Of a stretch of 64,000 bases of DNA, positions 39,837 through 49,829 are shown piece by piece; the stretch's first letter is position 1; each line of letters starts with the position of its first letter. The notes beneath the pieces are model-generated. The model was not told the DNA's origin, did not search any database, and worked only from the letters and a program-made list of their open reading frames with translations. The DNA is taken from the IMG/VR virus record IMGVR_UViG_3300030055_000003, one strand, 5' to 3'. Source of the DNA: a virus. Its lineage: Duplodnaviria > Caudoviricetes. The translations under genes were made by a program, and so were the position numbers.

Positions 39837-40439
39837 GTGATTATTATGGGAGAGATGTTTCAACCAATAGATAATATTTACAATGAAATGATTGTTCAAG
39901 ATGCGCTTAAACGTAGAAAATTACATTTGAATGATGATGTAGATGAAATATCAATGTTTAAATTAATGTATTATATGGACAAAATTAAGCAAAAAGATGA
40001 TAATGAAGGAATTAAATTAGGAGAAAGACAACCTATAAGAATAATAATTAATTCATATGGTGGGGTAATTTATGATTGTATGGCTTTATTAAGTAAAATA
40101 GAAAGATTTCAACAAGAATATAAGTATAAAATAATAACTGAATTAACTGGTAAAGGTATGAGTTGTGGAGCTTTTATTTTTGTATTCGGAGATGAACGTT
40201 TAATAAATAGTTATGGAACTTTATTATTTCATCAGTTGTCTGGAGGAAATTATGGGAATTTTACTCAATTAAAAATAAGACATGAGGAACAAGTTAGGTT
40301 ACAAACATTAATTGATGATTTAATTGTTAAAAAGACAAGTATACCAAGAGAATTATTTGAACAAAAGACAGATGGTAAAGATTGGTATTTAAGTCCAGAA
40401 GATTGTATTAAATATGATATTGCTACAAAAATAATTTAA
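39837..40439 (+). CDS. clpP: ClpP-like protease
   Basis: INSYGG, GMSCGA (Ser), FHQLSG (His), DWYLSPEDC (Asp). Confidence 0.88.
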   Translation: MIIMGEMFQPIDNIYNEMIVQDALKRRKLHLNDDVDEISMFKLMYYMDKIKQKDDNEGIKLGERQPIRIIINSYGGVIYDCMALLSKIERFQQEYKYKIITELTGKGMSCGAFIFVFGDERLINSYGTLLFHQLSGGNYGNFTQLKIRHEEQVRLQTLIDDLIVKKTSIPRELFEQKTDGKDWYLSPEDCIKYDIATKII

Positions 40440-40444
40440 GGAAT

Positions 40445-40789
40445 ATGGTGATAGATATGAATGAAGAATTAAATCAAGTAGAAGAAATGGAAGAAGAATA
40501 TATAGGTTCTGAAGAACAAATGGGATTAATTGCAGTTGATGAGGAATTAAAAAGAATACAAATACAAGATAATCCTAAATCAGAAATAAGTGAAGATGTT
40601 AAAAATAGTGATTTCTATAAAGACAGTATGTCTTATATTGATATTATTGGTGCTGGATTTCAGAAATTAATAGGATATGGGATTGATTATAATAATGCAG
40701 TTAGTATTTCTAATAATGTATATCAAAATACTATTAATGAAAGATTAGCTAAGATACAACAAGTTCAAGCAGAACAAAATCAAGTTTAA
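40445..40789 (+). CDS. Hypothetical protein
   Basis: 114-aa ORF in operon. Confidence 0.7.
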   Translation: MVIDMNEELNQVEEMEEEYIGSEEQMGLIAVDEELKRIQIQDNPKSEISEDVKNSDFYKDSMSYIDIIGAGFQKLIGYGIDYNNAVSISNNVYQNTINERLAKIQQVQAEQNQV

Positions 40790-40791
40790 GA

Positions 40792-41382
40792 TTGGAGAAT
40801 AGAATAATGAATAATGAAAAGATAAATGTAGAAAAAGTATATGAGGATTATTTAGATGCATTAATGAAAGTGTTAAAGGATTTTGATAATATTAGTTTTA
40901 TACTTTCAAATGAAAAAGCTTTAGAATTGATAGAAAGAATGGAAACTTTAGGTTATAAATTTAATGAATATGATACATTCAGTTTTAAGGAATTTGAAGA
41001 GTTGTACAATACTGATATATTACTAATTTCTAAATCATATTGGGACAATAAAGAACATTATAGTTTAGAAAGTGCTTATGGTTATGATAATTTAAAAATC
41101 ATTGAAGGTCAAGATGTAGTATTTATTGAAGAAGATTTAATTGATTCTGATGAATTAAAAGAATACATTGATTGCCCAATAGTAACTTTAACTGAAAAGG
41201 AATATTCCGATGAAGAAGATGAGTTAGATGATTTGTATGAGGAATTAACACAAGATTTAATTGAAAGTTTAAATGAGAATATGGAGGATGAAGATTTTTG
41301 TCCACATTGTGAAATTAAAGATATTGTAAGAGAAGCTTATGAGATTGGATTTCAAGACGGATTTTATTGTGAAGAAGAATAA
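40792..41382 (+). CDS. Acidic hypothetical protein
   Basis: 196-aa ORF, C-term FCPHC. Confidence 0.7.
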   Translation: MENRIMNNEKINVEKVYEDYLDALMKVLKDFDNISFILSNEKALELIERMETLGYKFNEYDTFSFKEFEELYNTDILLISKSYWDNKEHYSLESAYGYDNLKIIEGQDVVFIEEDLIDSDELKEYIDCPIVTLTEKEYSDEEDELDDLYEELTQDLIESLNENMEDEDFCPHCEIKDIVREAYEIGFQDGFYCEEE

Positions 41383-41504
41383 ATTAATAGAATAATAATC
41401 GAATAAAAGAGTAGTTTTAAAGCAACTTAAGGAGGTATTTTAAAACAAAAAGTGAATCTATAGAATTTTAAATAAATTAAAAATATCAAGGAGGAAAATA
41501 TAAT

Positions 41505-41801
41505 ATGAAATTAGCAAATGGAATACAATTAACCGATGGTTCTATTTTAGATGAAGCCTTTTCAGAATTAAAAGAAAAGGTGAAATCTTTATCTGGAGTT
41601 TCTAGTACAGGAGTAACAGATAATACTTATATAGATAGTAAAATAGAAGAAGTAAAAGCTTTAATACCTGTGGTTGATTTAAGTGGATATGCTAAAACTA
41701 CTGATATTGCTGAGGTTGTTAATAGTTTGAATTCTTTAATTGAAGAGTTAAAGGCTGGTAAATATAATGTTAGTGTGGCTAATACAACTACCACAGTATA
41801 G
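41505..41801 (+). CDS. Hypothetical protein
   Basis: 98-aa ORF, AAGGAGG RBS. Confidence 0.7.
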   Translation: MKLANGIQLTDGSILDEAFSELKEKVKSLSGVSSTGVTDNTYIDSKIEEVKALIPVVDLSGYAKTTDIAEVVNSLNSLIEELKAGKYNVSVANTTTTV

Positions 41802-41931
41802 GTAAATTGGATTATTTGACTAAGTAGATTTAGGTTTACTTAGTTGTTTTTTGATATTTATATGTTATTTATTTTAATGGAACTTATTTTTTTGGTAAGT
41901 TGCTAAAGATAAATAAATTAAAATTAAAATA

Positions 41932-41960
41932 TTGACAGTGAATACTCTATGGAGTATAAT
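41932..41960 (+). promoter_or_regulatory. Consensus SigA promoter of leader A / HNH gene
   Basis: TTGACA-17-TATAAT. Confidence 0.85.
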
Positions 41961-41964
41961 TGTG

Positions 41965-42083
41965 ATATAGGATAGATAAGAAAGTCATGAGTCTTATTAA
42001 TAAGTGAGTGTTCCGAAACTCATTTCCTATATTCTAAATAATAAATCGGAATAAATTAAATGCAATCGGAGGTAATAAATATT
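41965..42083 (+). ncRNA. Three-way-junction leader RNA, copy A
   Basis: Outer stem 41965-41972/42025-42032, hairpins ATAAGA/TCTTAT and TGAGT/ACTCA; loop TTCCGA complementary to TCGGA(A/G) at 42046 and 42066 (RBS). Confidence 0.7.
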
Positions 42084-43045
42084 ATGGGGAAAGGTCAATT
42101 TTGGACAATAGAAGATGAAGAATTTTTAAAAGAAAATTACATATATTTATCGAAAGAAGAATTAATGAATAAATTTAATAATAGGACTTGGAAGGGAATA
42201 AGACATAAGGCTAATGATATGGGAGTTAAAAAACAAAACGACTATGAAAATATTTCAAACGATGAATTATATAAAATAGAAGGTGGAATAAAATATAAAT
42301 TATGTAAGTGTTGTAGAAGATATTTACCTTTGGAATTAAAATATTTTCCAAAAGACAATACGTGTACAGATGGGTTTAGAAATATTTGCAAGGAATGTAA
42401 AGGTGAGAACTTTGAGATTTCAAATGCGATTGATTGGACAGATAAAGATGTGGAGTTATTAAAAAAGTTTATTCCAATATGATAAATGAAGATATTATTA
42501 AAGAATATTTTCCAAATAGAAAAATAAAACATCTAACAGATAAATCTTCGAAATTAGGATTAAAGAAAAATAAAGAGACTTTTAATAGATGTAGAATTAT
42601 GAGTTGTGAGGGCAGAATTAAGATATCTAATATTAGAAAAATAGATGGAATTTTTAAAGGAAGAAATAATCCAATGTATGAATCTAAAAGATATGGTAAT
42701 CTTAATCCTAATTGGCAAGGTGGGATTACTTCAGAAAAAAGCAGAATAATGAATACTGAGGAATATAAAAATTGGAGAAAACAAGTTTTTGAAAGAGATA
42801 ATTATACTTGTCAATGTTGTGGTGAGAAAACACATAATAATGAAGCTCATCACATAGATAATTTTGCAGACTATGAAGATAAAAGATTTGATGTTGAAAA
42901 TGGAATGACTTTATGTAAGCAATGTCATAATCCAAATCAAGAAGGAAGTTTTCATAATACTTACGGAACGTTGCACAATAATAAAGAACAGTTAGAAGAA
43001 TATATTGAAAGTAAAACAGATAAAGATTTAAAAGTCGCTAATTAA
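42084..43045 (+). CDS. HNH endonuclease with Myb-like HTH repeats, split over two frames at 42461-42482
   Basis: WTIEDEEFLKENY and WTDKDVELLKK/YSNM repeats, the second spanning the junction; NPNWQGG..VFERDNYTCQCCG..AHHI..NGMTLCKQCH HNH core; probable start ATG 42084. Confidence 0.8.
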
Positions 43046-43060
43046 TTTAGTGGCTTTTTT
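43031..43060 (+). terminator. Intrinsic terminator
   Basis: AAAGTCGCTAA / TTAGTGGCTTT plus T tract. Confidence 0.75.
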
Positions 43061-43096
43061 ATTATGTAAAAAATCAATCAAAGGAGAAATGAGAAA

Positions 43097-43987
43097 ATGG
43101 CAAATGCAGTAAAAAATAAATTAACATGTACTTGTTGTGGACAAGAATCTAGTGAGAGAAACTTTTATATAAGTAAATCATTTATATATAAAGCCAATTC
43201 TCATTTACCTATTTGTAAAACATGTTTAGGAGATTTATACGATAAGTATTATAGCAAGTATCAAGATTATAAATTAGCTTTATATTACATGTGTAGAGCA
43301 GTAAGTATATGCTTTAATCTAGGTAGTTATAATGCTGTTTTACAAGAAATTCAGAACGGGAAAACAACAAATGTATGGCAAATATATATGACCAAGTTAA
43401 ATAGTCTTGGTGGGAAAAATGGTGCTGGGGACGATTTCGATTCTAGTGATGATGTAAATGTTGTGGCACAGATAGAAGACTCAAATGAAGAACGAGGACT
43501 TAGTAAAGATATACTCATTAAGTGGGGCAATGGATATAATGATGATGATTATATATGGCTAGAAAACACATATAATGAATGGGTTGGAAAATATAAGAGT
43601 GACACATTATCAGAACAAAAAACTTTTAAACTTCTTGCTATCAAAGAATTTCAAATAATGAAAGCAGTTGAGAAGAATAGTAATACTGATAAATTAGAAG
43701 AAACTTATCTTAAATTAATGTCAGCAGGTAATGTTACTCCTAGAGATGCTAATGCTTCAATGGACGATGAAAATACAAAAGGACTTGGAGTTTGGACTAA
43801 AGACATTGAAAAGTATAGACCAGCAGAATATTTTGCAGACAAAAAATTATATAAAGACTATGATAGTTTAATTGATTACTTAAATAGGTTTGTATTCAGA
43901 CCTATTAAAAATTTATTAATGAAAACTAAAGAATATGATGGAGAGTTCTCAATAGAAGATGACTTCAAAGTTGGTGGTGAAGATTAA
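43097..43987 (+). CDS. Putative terminase small subunit (SPbeta YonG-like, Zn-binding)
   Basis: CTCCG..ICKTC; immediately upstream of TerL. Confidence 0.6.
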   Translation: MANAVKNKLTCTCCGQESSERNFYISKSFIYKANSHLPICKTCLGDLYDKYYSKYQDYKLALYYMCRAVSICFNLGSYNAVLQEIQNGKTTNVWQIYMTKLNSLGGKNGAGDDFDSSDDVNVVAQIEDSNEERGLSKDILIKWGNGYNDDDYIWLENTYNEWVGKYKSDTLSEQKTFKLLAIKEFQIMKAVEKNSNTDKLEETYLKLMSAGNVTPRDANASMDDENTKGLGVWTKDIEKYRPAEYFADKKLYKDYDSLIDYLNRFVFRPIKNLLMKTKEYDGEFSIEDDFKVGGED

Positions 43988-43989
43988 TA

Positions 43990-45780
43990 ATGGCTAACAA
44001 CTTTAAAACAGCAAGACAAAATAATGCAAAAAAAACCAATATACATGAAAAACCTAGACAACAAGAAAAGAAACAAGAAAAAACTTTTGATTATACAGAA
44101 AGGCTAATAGATTGGATTACATTCTATAGACGTAATTTACATAGAGCTGTTCAACATTATTTACAACTAGATTTACATTTATATCAAGCTATAGCATTAT
44201 ACCTAATGAATATATGCCCATTAGTAGTAATAGTTGCATGTAGAGCTTCTGCAAAATCATATATTATAGCTATTTTTGCATGTATAAAAGCGATACTTTA
44301 TCCAAATTCATTAATTGTTATAGCATCAGCCACAAAAAAACAAGCATCTTTAATTGTAACTGAAAAAATAGTTAAAGAATTAATGCCAAAGTCTCCTAAT
44401 TTAAGGAGGGAAATTAAACAAATTAAAACAAGTGGTAATGAAACTGAGGTAATGTTTGTTAATGGAAGTTCAATAGTTGTTGTTCCTGCAACAGATAATG
44501 CGAGAGGATACAGGGCTACTTGCTTGGTATATGAAGAATTTCGGATGATTAAAAAAGATATTATAGATTTTGTATTATCACCATTTTTAATTATACGTCA
44601 AGTACCATATTTGAATAATCCAGAATATGAACATTTAAAAGAAGAACCTACTGAAATATATATAAGTTCAGCATATTTTGCACAACATTGGATGTCTAAA
44701 ATGATAAAATTATCAGTAACTGATATGTATAAAAAATCAGAAGCTCTCTTTTTAGCATTTGATTATTCTATTACATTAAAACATAATATACGTACAAGAA
44801 AACAATTAATTAAAGAAAAGAAAAAATTAGGAACGGTTGCGTATGCAATGGAGTATGAAAACACAATGGTTGGTCAAGGAGAAGATGCTTTCTATTCGTT
44901 TGATTTAATGAATAATGCACAAAGTATGAAAAAAGCCTTTTATCCAAGAACTACTCAAGACGTATTAGAAAAGAAGAAAAATCCACATGACATACCTAAA
45001 CAAAATGGTGAAAAAAGATTAATTTCGGTTGATATAGCTATGGTTAATAATGATAAAAATGATAATACAGTTATAACCTGTATTAGAGCTTTGCCGAGCG
45101 GAGATATCTATGAAAGACAAATACCATATATTGAAGCTTTCAAAGGAGATAATACAACAGTACAAGCAACAAGAATCAAAGAAATATTTTATGATTTTGA
45201 TGCAGATATATTAGTATTAGATACTCAGAATGCAGGATTATCAATAGCAGATGAATTAGGTAAAATAACTTATTCAGAAGAAAGAGATAAAGAATACCCT
45301 CCATTTAAATGCTTTAATGATGAAGATGTTGCTAAAAGAATTAAAAATAAAGATGCTTTGCCTGTATTATTTAGTTATAAAGGTCAATCAAAAATTAATG
45401 AACAAATGCATTATGCTATGAAAGATGCATTAGATAGGAAGAAATTAAAACTATTAATTAATGCTGTTCAAGCGAGAGACTATTTAGATACTAAACCATT
45501 TTATAATAAAAAAGATATTGGACTTGAACAACAAGTATTATATGAACTTGTTTATGTACAAACAGATTTATTGATAAATGAAATGGTAGGTTTAAATCAA
45601 ACTATAAGTAAAGGTTGTTTAGCACTTGAAGAACCTACAGCCTCAGCAACAAAAGATAGATATATTTCATTAGCAATGGGAAATTATTTAATCAAACAAT
45701 GGGAATTGGATTTACAAGAAAAAGATAGTGAAGAATCTTGGTCAGACGCCCCATCATTTGTAACCTCATACACGTTCTAA
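43990..45780 (+). CDS. terL: Terminase large subunit
   Basis: ACRASAKS Walker A variant, ARGYRA, VYEEFR Walker B, ISSA, ISVDIA and KDRY nuclease motifs. Confidence 0.92.
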   Translation: MANNFKTARQNNAKKTNIHEKPRQQEKKQEKTFDYTERLIDWITFYRRNLHRAVQHYLQLDLHLYQAIALYLMNICPLVVIVACRASAKSYIIAIFACIKAILYPNSLIVIASATKKQASLIVTEKIVKELMPKSPNLRREIKQIKTSGNETEVMFVNGSSIVVVPATDNARGYRATCLVYEEFRMIKKDIIDFVLSPFLIIRQVPYLNNPEYEHLKEEPTEIYISSAYFAQHWMSKMIKLSVTDMYKKSEALFLAFDYSITLKHNIRTRKQLIKEKKKLGTVAYAMEYENTMVGQGEDAFYSFDLMNNAQSMKKAFYPRTTQDVLEKKKNPHDIPKQNGEKRLISVDIAMVNNDKNDNTVITCIRALPSGDIYERQIPYIEAFKGDNTTVQATRIKEIFYDFDADILVLDTQNAGLSIADELGKITYSEERDKEYPPFKCFNDEDVAKRIKNKDALPVLFSYKGQSKINEQMHYAMKDALDRKKLKLLINAVQARDYLDTKPFYNKKDIGLEQQVLYELVYVQTDLLINEMVGLNQTISKGCLALEEPTASATKDRYISLAMGNYLIKQWELDLQEKDSEESWSDAPSFVTSYTF

Positions 45781-45850
45781 AACTAATTAATAAAACGACA
45801 CTAACATCTAAACAAATTAAAATAAAAAATAAAAAGGAGGTGAAAGCGAT

Positions 45851-47554
45851 TTGCCTACAAAGAAAGAAAAGACAATAATTTCAGTAGAAGTAGCGAATGA
45901 AATATTAGATGCTTCACAACCAATAACTCTAGTTCCAAATGAAAATAAAGAATATACTGCGTTTGCATCAACTCATGTAAAAACTGGTGATGAATTAGAT
46001 TTTGAACAAGCATCTTATAATTTTAGTACAAATCAACATCTAATAAATAAGATAGTTCAAAATGAAAATCATTGCTATAGTACATCAATAGAAGATTTAA
46101 ATATGTTAGCACGAGGGACACAAAATAATATTGACAAAGTATTGAAAATAAATAGTTTGATTAAGTATTATGCTAATAAAAATGATTTAGTTGGTATTGT
46201 TATTGGAACTATAGAAAATAATGTAAATACAAATTATAAGATATCGTATCCTAAATTACCTGATAATGTAAAAAAGAAAAATAAATTAAAAGATAAAGTT
46301 GATACTATATTGAGTAATTTCATTGACAATGTAGATTTAAAACTTCAAATAAGAAAAGAAGGAATGTCAACATTTACGCAAGGAACATATTTTACTTATT
46401 TGAGAAGTAATAATGATGGTACATACGGAATATCTACATATCCATTAGGATTAGTTGATTTTACTGATTATACCATTGATGGAGAACCTGTTATATATAT
46501 GGATATGATAAAATTAAGAAGTTCGTTAGCAACTACTCAATCGAAATATAAGACAATAAAATCTAGCTTTATTAATTTTTCAGATAAAATAGAAGATGAA
46601 ATACAAAAAAATTATCCACCAGAAGTATATGACGCATATATCAATAATTATAAATGGGCAATATTAAATCCTCAAAGAACTGGCATACATAGAATAAATG
46701 AGTTAGATGGTATATATGGAGTGTCACCTATATTTAAGGCTTTAAATGCGTTACTTATGCTTGAAACTATAGATAATATAGATAGGGAAAATATACTAGC
46801 TAGGTCAAAGAAGATATTCTATCAAAAGACTAGAAAAGAAATATTAGGAACTAATGGTGATAAAACAAAAAACTTTGCAGAATTGAAATTTGCTCAAGAT
46901 GAATTAGTTAAAGCTATGAGTCAAAAGATTGTAATATACACATCTCCTGCTTATATTGAGGATTTACAAATAATAGAACCTAAAGCTGAATTAGTTAGTC
47001 AAGAAGTTATAGCAAGATATAAAAATCAAGTATTAAATAGTTTAGGAATATCATTTTTAAGTAATGAAGCTAAGTCATCTTTTAATACTGTGCAAGTTTC
47101 AGTTGATGAATTATTAAAAACAGTTAATAAAGTAGTTTATCAGTTTGAGAATACATTAAATAAATATATTAAAGTTATTTGTCAAGAGAATGGAATCGAT
47201 TCTAACTATATCCCAGTAATTAATATTGAAAAATCTGAACTATTATCAGATGATGCAAAACTGAAGTTAGTTGAAATTTTATTTTCAAAAATGGGTATGT
47301 CTTATTCTACTATCTTTGAGATGTTAGGTATGGATTATAATACTGAGGTCGAAAGACGAAAAGCTGAAAACGCTGATGATATAGAAAATGTCTTTAGCCC
47401 ACATATTACTTCATATACTTCAAGCGATAGTGAAAAGGGTGATATAACTGGTACTAATACTATAGACACAACAACTAATACAAATGGTTCAATTAAAAAT
47501 ACCAACCTAGATAAAAATGCAAATGATAAAGCATTAAAAGATGGTCAATTATAA
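45851..47554 (+). CDS. Portal protein (YonE-like)
   Basis: 567 aa, TTG start with AAAAGGAGG, directly after TerL. Confidence 0.8.
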   Translation: MPTKKEKTIISVEVANEILDASQPITLVPNENKEYTAFASTHVKTGDELDFEQASYNFSTNQHLINKIVQNENHCYSTSIEDLNMLARGTQNNIDKVLKINSLIKYYANKNDLVGIVIGTIENNVNTNYKISYPKLPDNVKKKNKLKDKVDTILSNFIDNVDLKLQIRKEGMSTFTQGTYFTYLRSNNDGTYGISTYPLGLVDFTDYTIDGEPVIYMDMIKLRSSLATTQSKYKTIKSSFINFSDKIEDEIQKNYPPEVYDAYINNYKWAILNPQRTGIHRINELDGIYGVSPIFKALNALLMLETIDNIDRENILARSKKIFYQKTRKEILGTNGDKTKNFAELKFAQDELVKAMSQKIVIYTSPAYIEDLQIIEPKAELVSQEVIARYKNQVLNSLGISFLSNEAKSSFNTVQVSVDELLKTVNKVVYQFENTLNKYIKVICQENGIDSNYIPVINIEKSELLSDDAKLKLVEILFSKMGMSYSTIFEMLGMDYNTEVERRKAENADDIENVFSPHITSYTSSDSEKGDITGTNTIDTTTNTNGSIKNTNLDKNANDKALKDGQL

Positions 47555-47590
47555 TAAATAAATATATTTGAAGGGAGGTGAGGAGAATAA

Positions 47591-49222
47591 ATGGAAGATA
47601 ATAAATTGATTTTAAATGGAGAATTATTAGCACTTTCCTCAAATGACAACGGGGATTTAATAGGTAAATTTTTAATATGTCCACTTGATGAATCAAATTT
47701 AAACGGAGTAGGACTTCGTGAATCTGACTTATCACAAGATGAATTATTAGGACTAGCTACAAGACCAGTTCAATGCAAAGTAATTGATAGAAATGGAACA
47801 TTGGATTTTGGCAGTCATGAGGCAAAACTAACATATGTAAAAGACGAAAATGGAAATTTAGTTAAAAAATATGTTTTTGATACTCAATCGGTTGGTTATC
47901 ATACAGAAGTTTCAGTAGAAAATATTGAAATTGATGGAATAACTAAAAGGTGTATTGTTGCTATAGCTACAATTTGGGCTAGATATGAAAATGTTATTTC
48001 AGTAATTAATAGATTAGGAGAATCCTTACATACAAGTTGGGAAATTGCATACTCAGAATATTATATGGATGAAGGTATTAAATGGATAAAGGGTTTAAAT
48101 TGGCTTTCAAATTGTTTATTGGGAAGTAATATTTGTCCTGCTTATGGCGATGCTGGATTGCTTGAAGTAGCAGAAGAAGACCAAGAAATCCAATTATCTA
48201 ATGCAATCATTGAAGATAATAACAAAATAGAAGTGGCTAATAAAATTAACGAACCTAATATAGAACAATTTACTAATACAATTATAAGTAATCAAACTGA
48301 CGAAAATTCAGTTGATAATAAATTAAACAATGAAAATTCGCAATGTAATGAAGGAGGAAATAAAAAAATGGCAAATAAAAAGAAAAGTAAACAAATAGAA
48401 AATTCATCTTTAACTATTGGGGATGTTTATCAAGCTATTTATAATGCATTATGGGATAGTGAATATGACCCAGATACAGTAATAATTCATCCAGTAGAAC
48501 AAGAGATATTAATTCATCAATATGGTGATTTGGAAGAAAATTATATTCAAATTTCATATACAATTAATGAAGATGGAACAGTTACTTTAGGTGATGGCAC
48601 ATGTGTTGCTATGGTATTTATGCCACAATCAACATATAATATGCAATGTTGTGAATCAACACTAGCTAAAGAGAAAGCAACTAAGGAATTAGATGAAGCT
48701 AACTCAACATGTAAGAAAAAGGATGAAGAAATGTCAGAGTTAAAAAAAACAATAGAAACACAAAAAACTGAATTATCTTCAAAGATTAGTTCTATAGTAG
48801 ATCTAGGTAAAAATATTTCCGAAAAGGAAACTGTAATTGCTGAAAAAGATGAATTACTTCAAACTAAAGAATTGGAACTTTCTGAATTAAAACCTTTTAA
48901 AGAAGAATTAGATAAAATAAATGCAGAAAAAGAAGCTTTAGAAATAGCTGAAAAGAAAGAAGCATTTAAAAATGAATATTTAGGAACTAAATTAATTTCT
49001 GAAAAAGATTTGGAAATTGCAGAAGTAAAAGAAGCTATTGATACTATGGATAATTCTAAAATAGAAATATTTATAGCTCAAAAGGTAATTGCAAAAGCAA
49101 AAGCTGGAAAACCACAAGTTGAAGTTTCAGAAATAGTAAAAGAACAAAAAGTTGAGGTTGTTTTAAGTTCAGTAAATGATGATAGTAATGAACTTAACTT
49201 TTCAGAAATGAATTGGAAATAA
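47591..49222 (+). CDS. Prohead protease / scaffolding protein (YonD-like)
   Basis: N-term FGSHE..VGYH..IWARY..TSWEI protease-like domain, C-term coiled coil. Confidence 0.75.
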   Translation: MEDNKLILNGELLALSSNDNGDLIGKFLICPLDESNLNGVGLRESDLSQDELLGLATRPVQCKVIDRNGTLDFGSHEAKLTYVKDENGNLVKKYVFDTQSVGYHTEVSVENIEIDGITKRCIVAIATIWARYENVISVINRLGESLHTSWEIAYSEYYMDEGIKWIKGLNWLSNCLLGSNICPAYGDAGLLEVAEEDQEIQLSNAIIEDNNKIEVANKINEPNIEQFTNTIISNQTDENSVDNKLNNENSQCNEGGNKKMANKKKSKQIENSSLTIGDVYQAIYNALWDSEYDPDTVIIHPVEQEILIHQYGDLEENYIQISYTINEDGTVTLGDGTCVAMVFMPQSTYNMQCCESTLAKEKATKELDEANSTCKKKDEEMSELKKTIETQKTELSSKISSIVDLGKNISEKETVIAEKDELLQTKELELSELKPFKEELDKINAEKEALEIAEKKEAFKNEYLGTKLISEKDLEIAEVKEAIDTMDNSKIEIFIAQKVIAKAKAGKPQVEVSEIVKEQKVEVVLSSVNDDSNELNFSEMNWK

Positions 49223-49280
49223 GTTAAAACTAAGAGGTTTGAGATATAGCTTCTTTTTTATTGTAAAAAATAATATTAAA

Positions 49281-49309
49281 AAATTAAAATTATGAAAGCG
49301 AGGAAATAA
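49281..49309 (+). repeat. 29-bp translation-initiation region duplicated at 49802-49830
   Basis: AAATTAAAATTATGAAAGCGAGGAAATAA identical in front of two consecutive head genes. Confidence 0.85.
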
Positions 49310-49312
49310 ATT

Positions 49313-49774
49313 ATGTTAAGAAATTTACAAACAAACGGAAATGGTGCAAGTAATGGTCAAAATAAAGCTTCAGTTGATATGGTAAGGGGGTCTTTTGTTA
49401 CTGCTGATGAAGCAACAAAAACATTAGCACTTGCAACAGGTATCGCAGGCGTTAAAATCGTAGATAGAGGAACTAAATTAACAGTATCAGTTGCACAAAA
49501 TTTTGCAATATCACCTTATGACGCCGATCAAGATACAATTTTAGCTGGTGAAAGAGGATATTTAAATGATTTAGAAGGTAGATGGGCAACATCAATGTAC
49601 GATTCAACAGTAAATTCAGTATTGGCAATTGGTAGTTATTTAACTATAACTGCTGGTAAATTAGTAGCTTCACCTTTAAATGCAGTTACAATAATTAAAT
49701 TTCTAGGATTAATTCCAGATAACGGACATACATTAGCTGGATTTGAAATAGATGCTACAGTAAAATTAGCTTAA
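49313..49774 (+). CDS. Capsid decoration / cement protein
   Basis: 153 aa, Ala/Gly/Thr-rich, between scaffold and MCP. Confidence 0.65.
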   Translation: MLRNLQTNGNGASNGQNKASVDMVRGSFVTADEATKTLALATGIAGVKIVDRGTKLTVSVAQNFAISPYDADQDTILAGERGYLNDLEGRWATSMYDSTVNSVLAIGSYLTITAGKLVASPLNAVTIIKFLGLIPDNGHTLAGFEIDATVKLA

Positions 49775-49829
49775 TAAATTAAAAACAATATTAACAAAAA
49801 TAAATTAAAATTATGAAAGCGAGGAAATA

